From Eubacteriales bacterium (GTDB taxonomy: Bacteria > Bacillota > Clostridia > Oscillospirales > CAG-272): 64,000 nt of DNA. The stretch lies in assembly GCA_045531795.1 (NCBI GenBank), contig JAZSET010000028.1:33-64032 (forward strand), in the 5' to 3' direction. The notes beneath the pieces are model-generated. The model made no database searches, was not told the origin of the DNA, and saw nothing but the letters and a program-made list of their open reading frames with translations. Shown here one piece after another: positions 63,263-64,000 of this stretch. The position numbers and the translations under genes were made by a program. How positions within the stretch are numbered: the first letter of the stretch is position 1; each line of letters begins with the position of its first letter.

Positions 63263-63276
63263 GAAAGGCGGAAAGA

Positions 63277-63936
63277 ATGAAAAAATTTATTCCTGTTTTA
63301 AAAAGAACGCAGATGTTTTCGGGTATTGGAGAGGATGAGATCGAGTCGATGCTTTCCTGCCTTGGCGCGAGGCTGTGTAATTATAAAAAAGGACAATATA
63401 TACTTCGTCAGGGCGAGCATTTGAGCGATGTTCTTGTCTTAGCCCAAGGAGTAGCACACATTCAAAGGGATGACTATTGGGGAAACCGCAGCATATTAAA
63501 TCAGATTTCGGCAGGCGAGATGTTTGGCGAGGCATATGTCGCGCCTGAAAGCGGAACACTTTTGAATGATGTTGTTGCTCTTTCTGAATGTACAGTTATT
63601 TTCTTTGATGTGAAACGAATGCTGACAACCTGTTCTTCTGCCTGCCGTTTTCATTCTATGGTAGTGCAGAATATGTTTTTTGCAATTTCAGAGAAAAACA
63701 AAAAACTCGTGCAAAAGCTGACTCATATGTCCAAGCGCTCTACACGGGAAAAACTTATATCTTATTTGTCTGAGGAAGCCAGAAAACAAGGTGCTTCAAA
63801 AATAACAATTCCTTTTAACCGTCAGCAACTTGCAGATTTTCTTTCTGTTGACCGCAGTGCAATGTCAAACGAGCTTTGCAAGATGCGAGATGAGGGTATG
63901 CTACGATTTGAAAAGAATAGTTTTGAATTATTGTGA
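63277..63936 (+). CDS. Crp/Fnr-family transcriptional regulator
   Basis: A cNMP-binding-like N-terminus (MFSGIGEDEIESM...GEMFGE) and a C-terminal HTH (NRQQLADFLSVDRSAMSNELCKMRDEG). The start is at the ATG at 63277, after AAAGGCGGAAAG. Confidence 0.85.
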   Translation: MKKFIPVLKRTQMFSGIGEDEIESMLSCLGARLCNYKKGQYILRQGEHLSDVLVLAQGVAHIQRDDYWGNRSILNQISAGEMFGEAYVAPESGTLLNDVVALSECTVIFFDVKRMLTTCSSACRFHSMVVQNMFFAISEKNKKLVQKLTHMSKRSTREKLISYLSEEARKQGASKITIPFNRQQLADFLSVDRSAMSNELCKMRDEGMLRFEKNSFELL

Positions 63937-63968
63937 AAAAAACAGGGTTATCTCCCATATCCACTACG

Positions 63969-63997
63969 AAAAAAGCACCCGAAATGGGTGCTTTTTT
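63969..63997 (+). terminator. Terminator after the crp/fnr-family gene
   Basis: AGCACCC-GAAAT-GGGTGCT followed by a T-run. Confidence 0.6.
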
Positions 63998-64000
63998 GGG

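Noticed and set aside
63079-63276. N-terminal 66-aa extension of the Crp/Fnr ORF in the track
   Set aside because: The extension overlaps the divergent ferredoxin gene and its promoter region and is hydrophobic nonsense. The ATG at 63277 has an RBS and gives a normal-length regulator. The same logic was used to trim six other starts:
- 1227 to 1275
- 3480 to 3393
- 10871 to 10820
- 35613 to 35559
- 40487 to 40385
- 41784 to 41748
- 43262 to 43199
1-64000. Search for integrase, transposase, IS inverted repeats, phage structural genes, rRNA or CRISPR-cas
   Set aside because: None of the ORF translations shows the corresponding motifs, so no mobile_element, rRNA or CRISPR feature is reported.

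Overview
This 64 kb window looks like a Clostridia-type Firmicute chromosome from a spore former, based on an alpha/beta SASP, SpoIIID, a Spo0A-family regulator and an SLH surface protein. Most of it is core or metabolic:
- the ylxM-ffh-rpsP-KH SRP cluster
- radC, an XPD/DinG-like Fe-S helicase, an RlmA-like methyltransferase and an SbcD/SbcC-like pair
- a glycine-riboswitch-controlled alanine/glycine symporter
- recQ and a glgC-glgD-glgA-glgP-GH13 glycogen operon
- an AraC + Gfo/Idh/MocA + NahK module
- a CUT2-type ABC transporter
- a nucleotide-sugar module for UDP-L-FucNAc (fnlA/B/C = capE/F/G-like) and UDP-ManNAcA (wecB/wecC)
- tyrS
- a PerR-like regulator with a reverse rubrerythrin
- a Crp/Fnr regulator with a ferredoxin-domain gene

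There are three tRNAs: Arg-CCU, initiator-like Met-CAU and Leu-UAA. I saw no rRNA, CRISPR array, IS element or integrase.

The stand-out is an AT-rich two-gene minus-strand operon at 52711-57176 with its own promoter and terminator. It sits directly beside scrambled duplicated fragments of the tRNA-fMet 3' end. The first gene encodes a TIR / NB-ARC-type STAND NTPase / TPR protein. It is translationally coupled to a 668-aa protein with three N-terminal TM helices, Rossmann-like segments and a RyR-like C-terminal motif. I propose this as a candidate uncharacterised TIR-signalling (Thoeris/Avs-like) defence system.

Secondary items:
- an AT-rich nucleotidyltransferase gene inserted between fnlA and fnlB
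- a DUF4037-like / TPR gene pair
- a Rad50-like ATPase with a TM hairpin
- a repeat-rich acidic surface protein
- a Spo0A_C protein with an atypical receiver domain

All domain calls rest on motif reading by eye. No database search was run.
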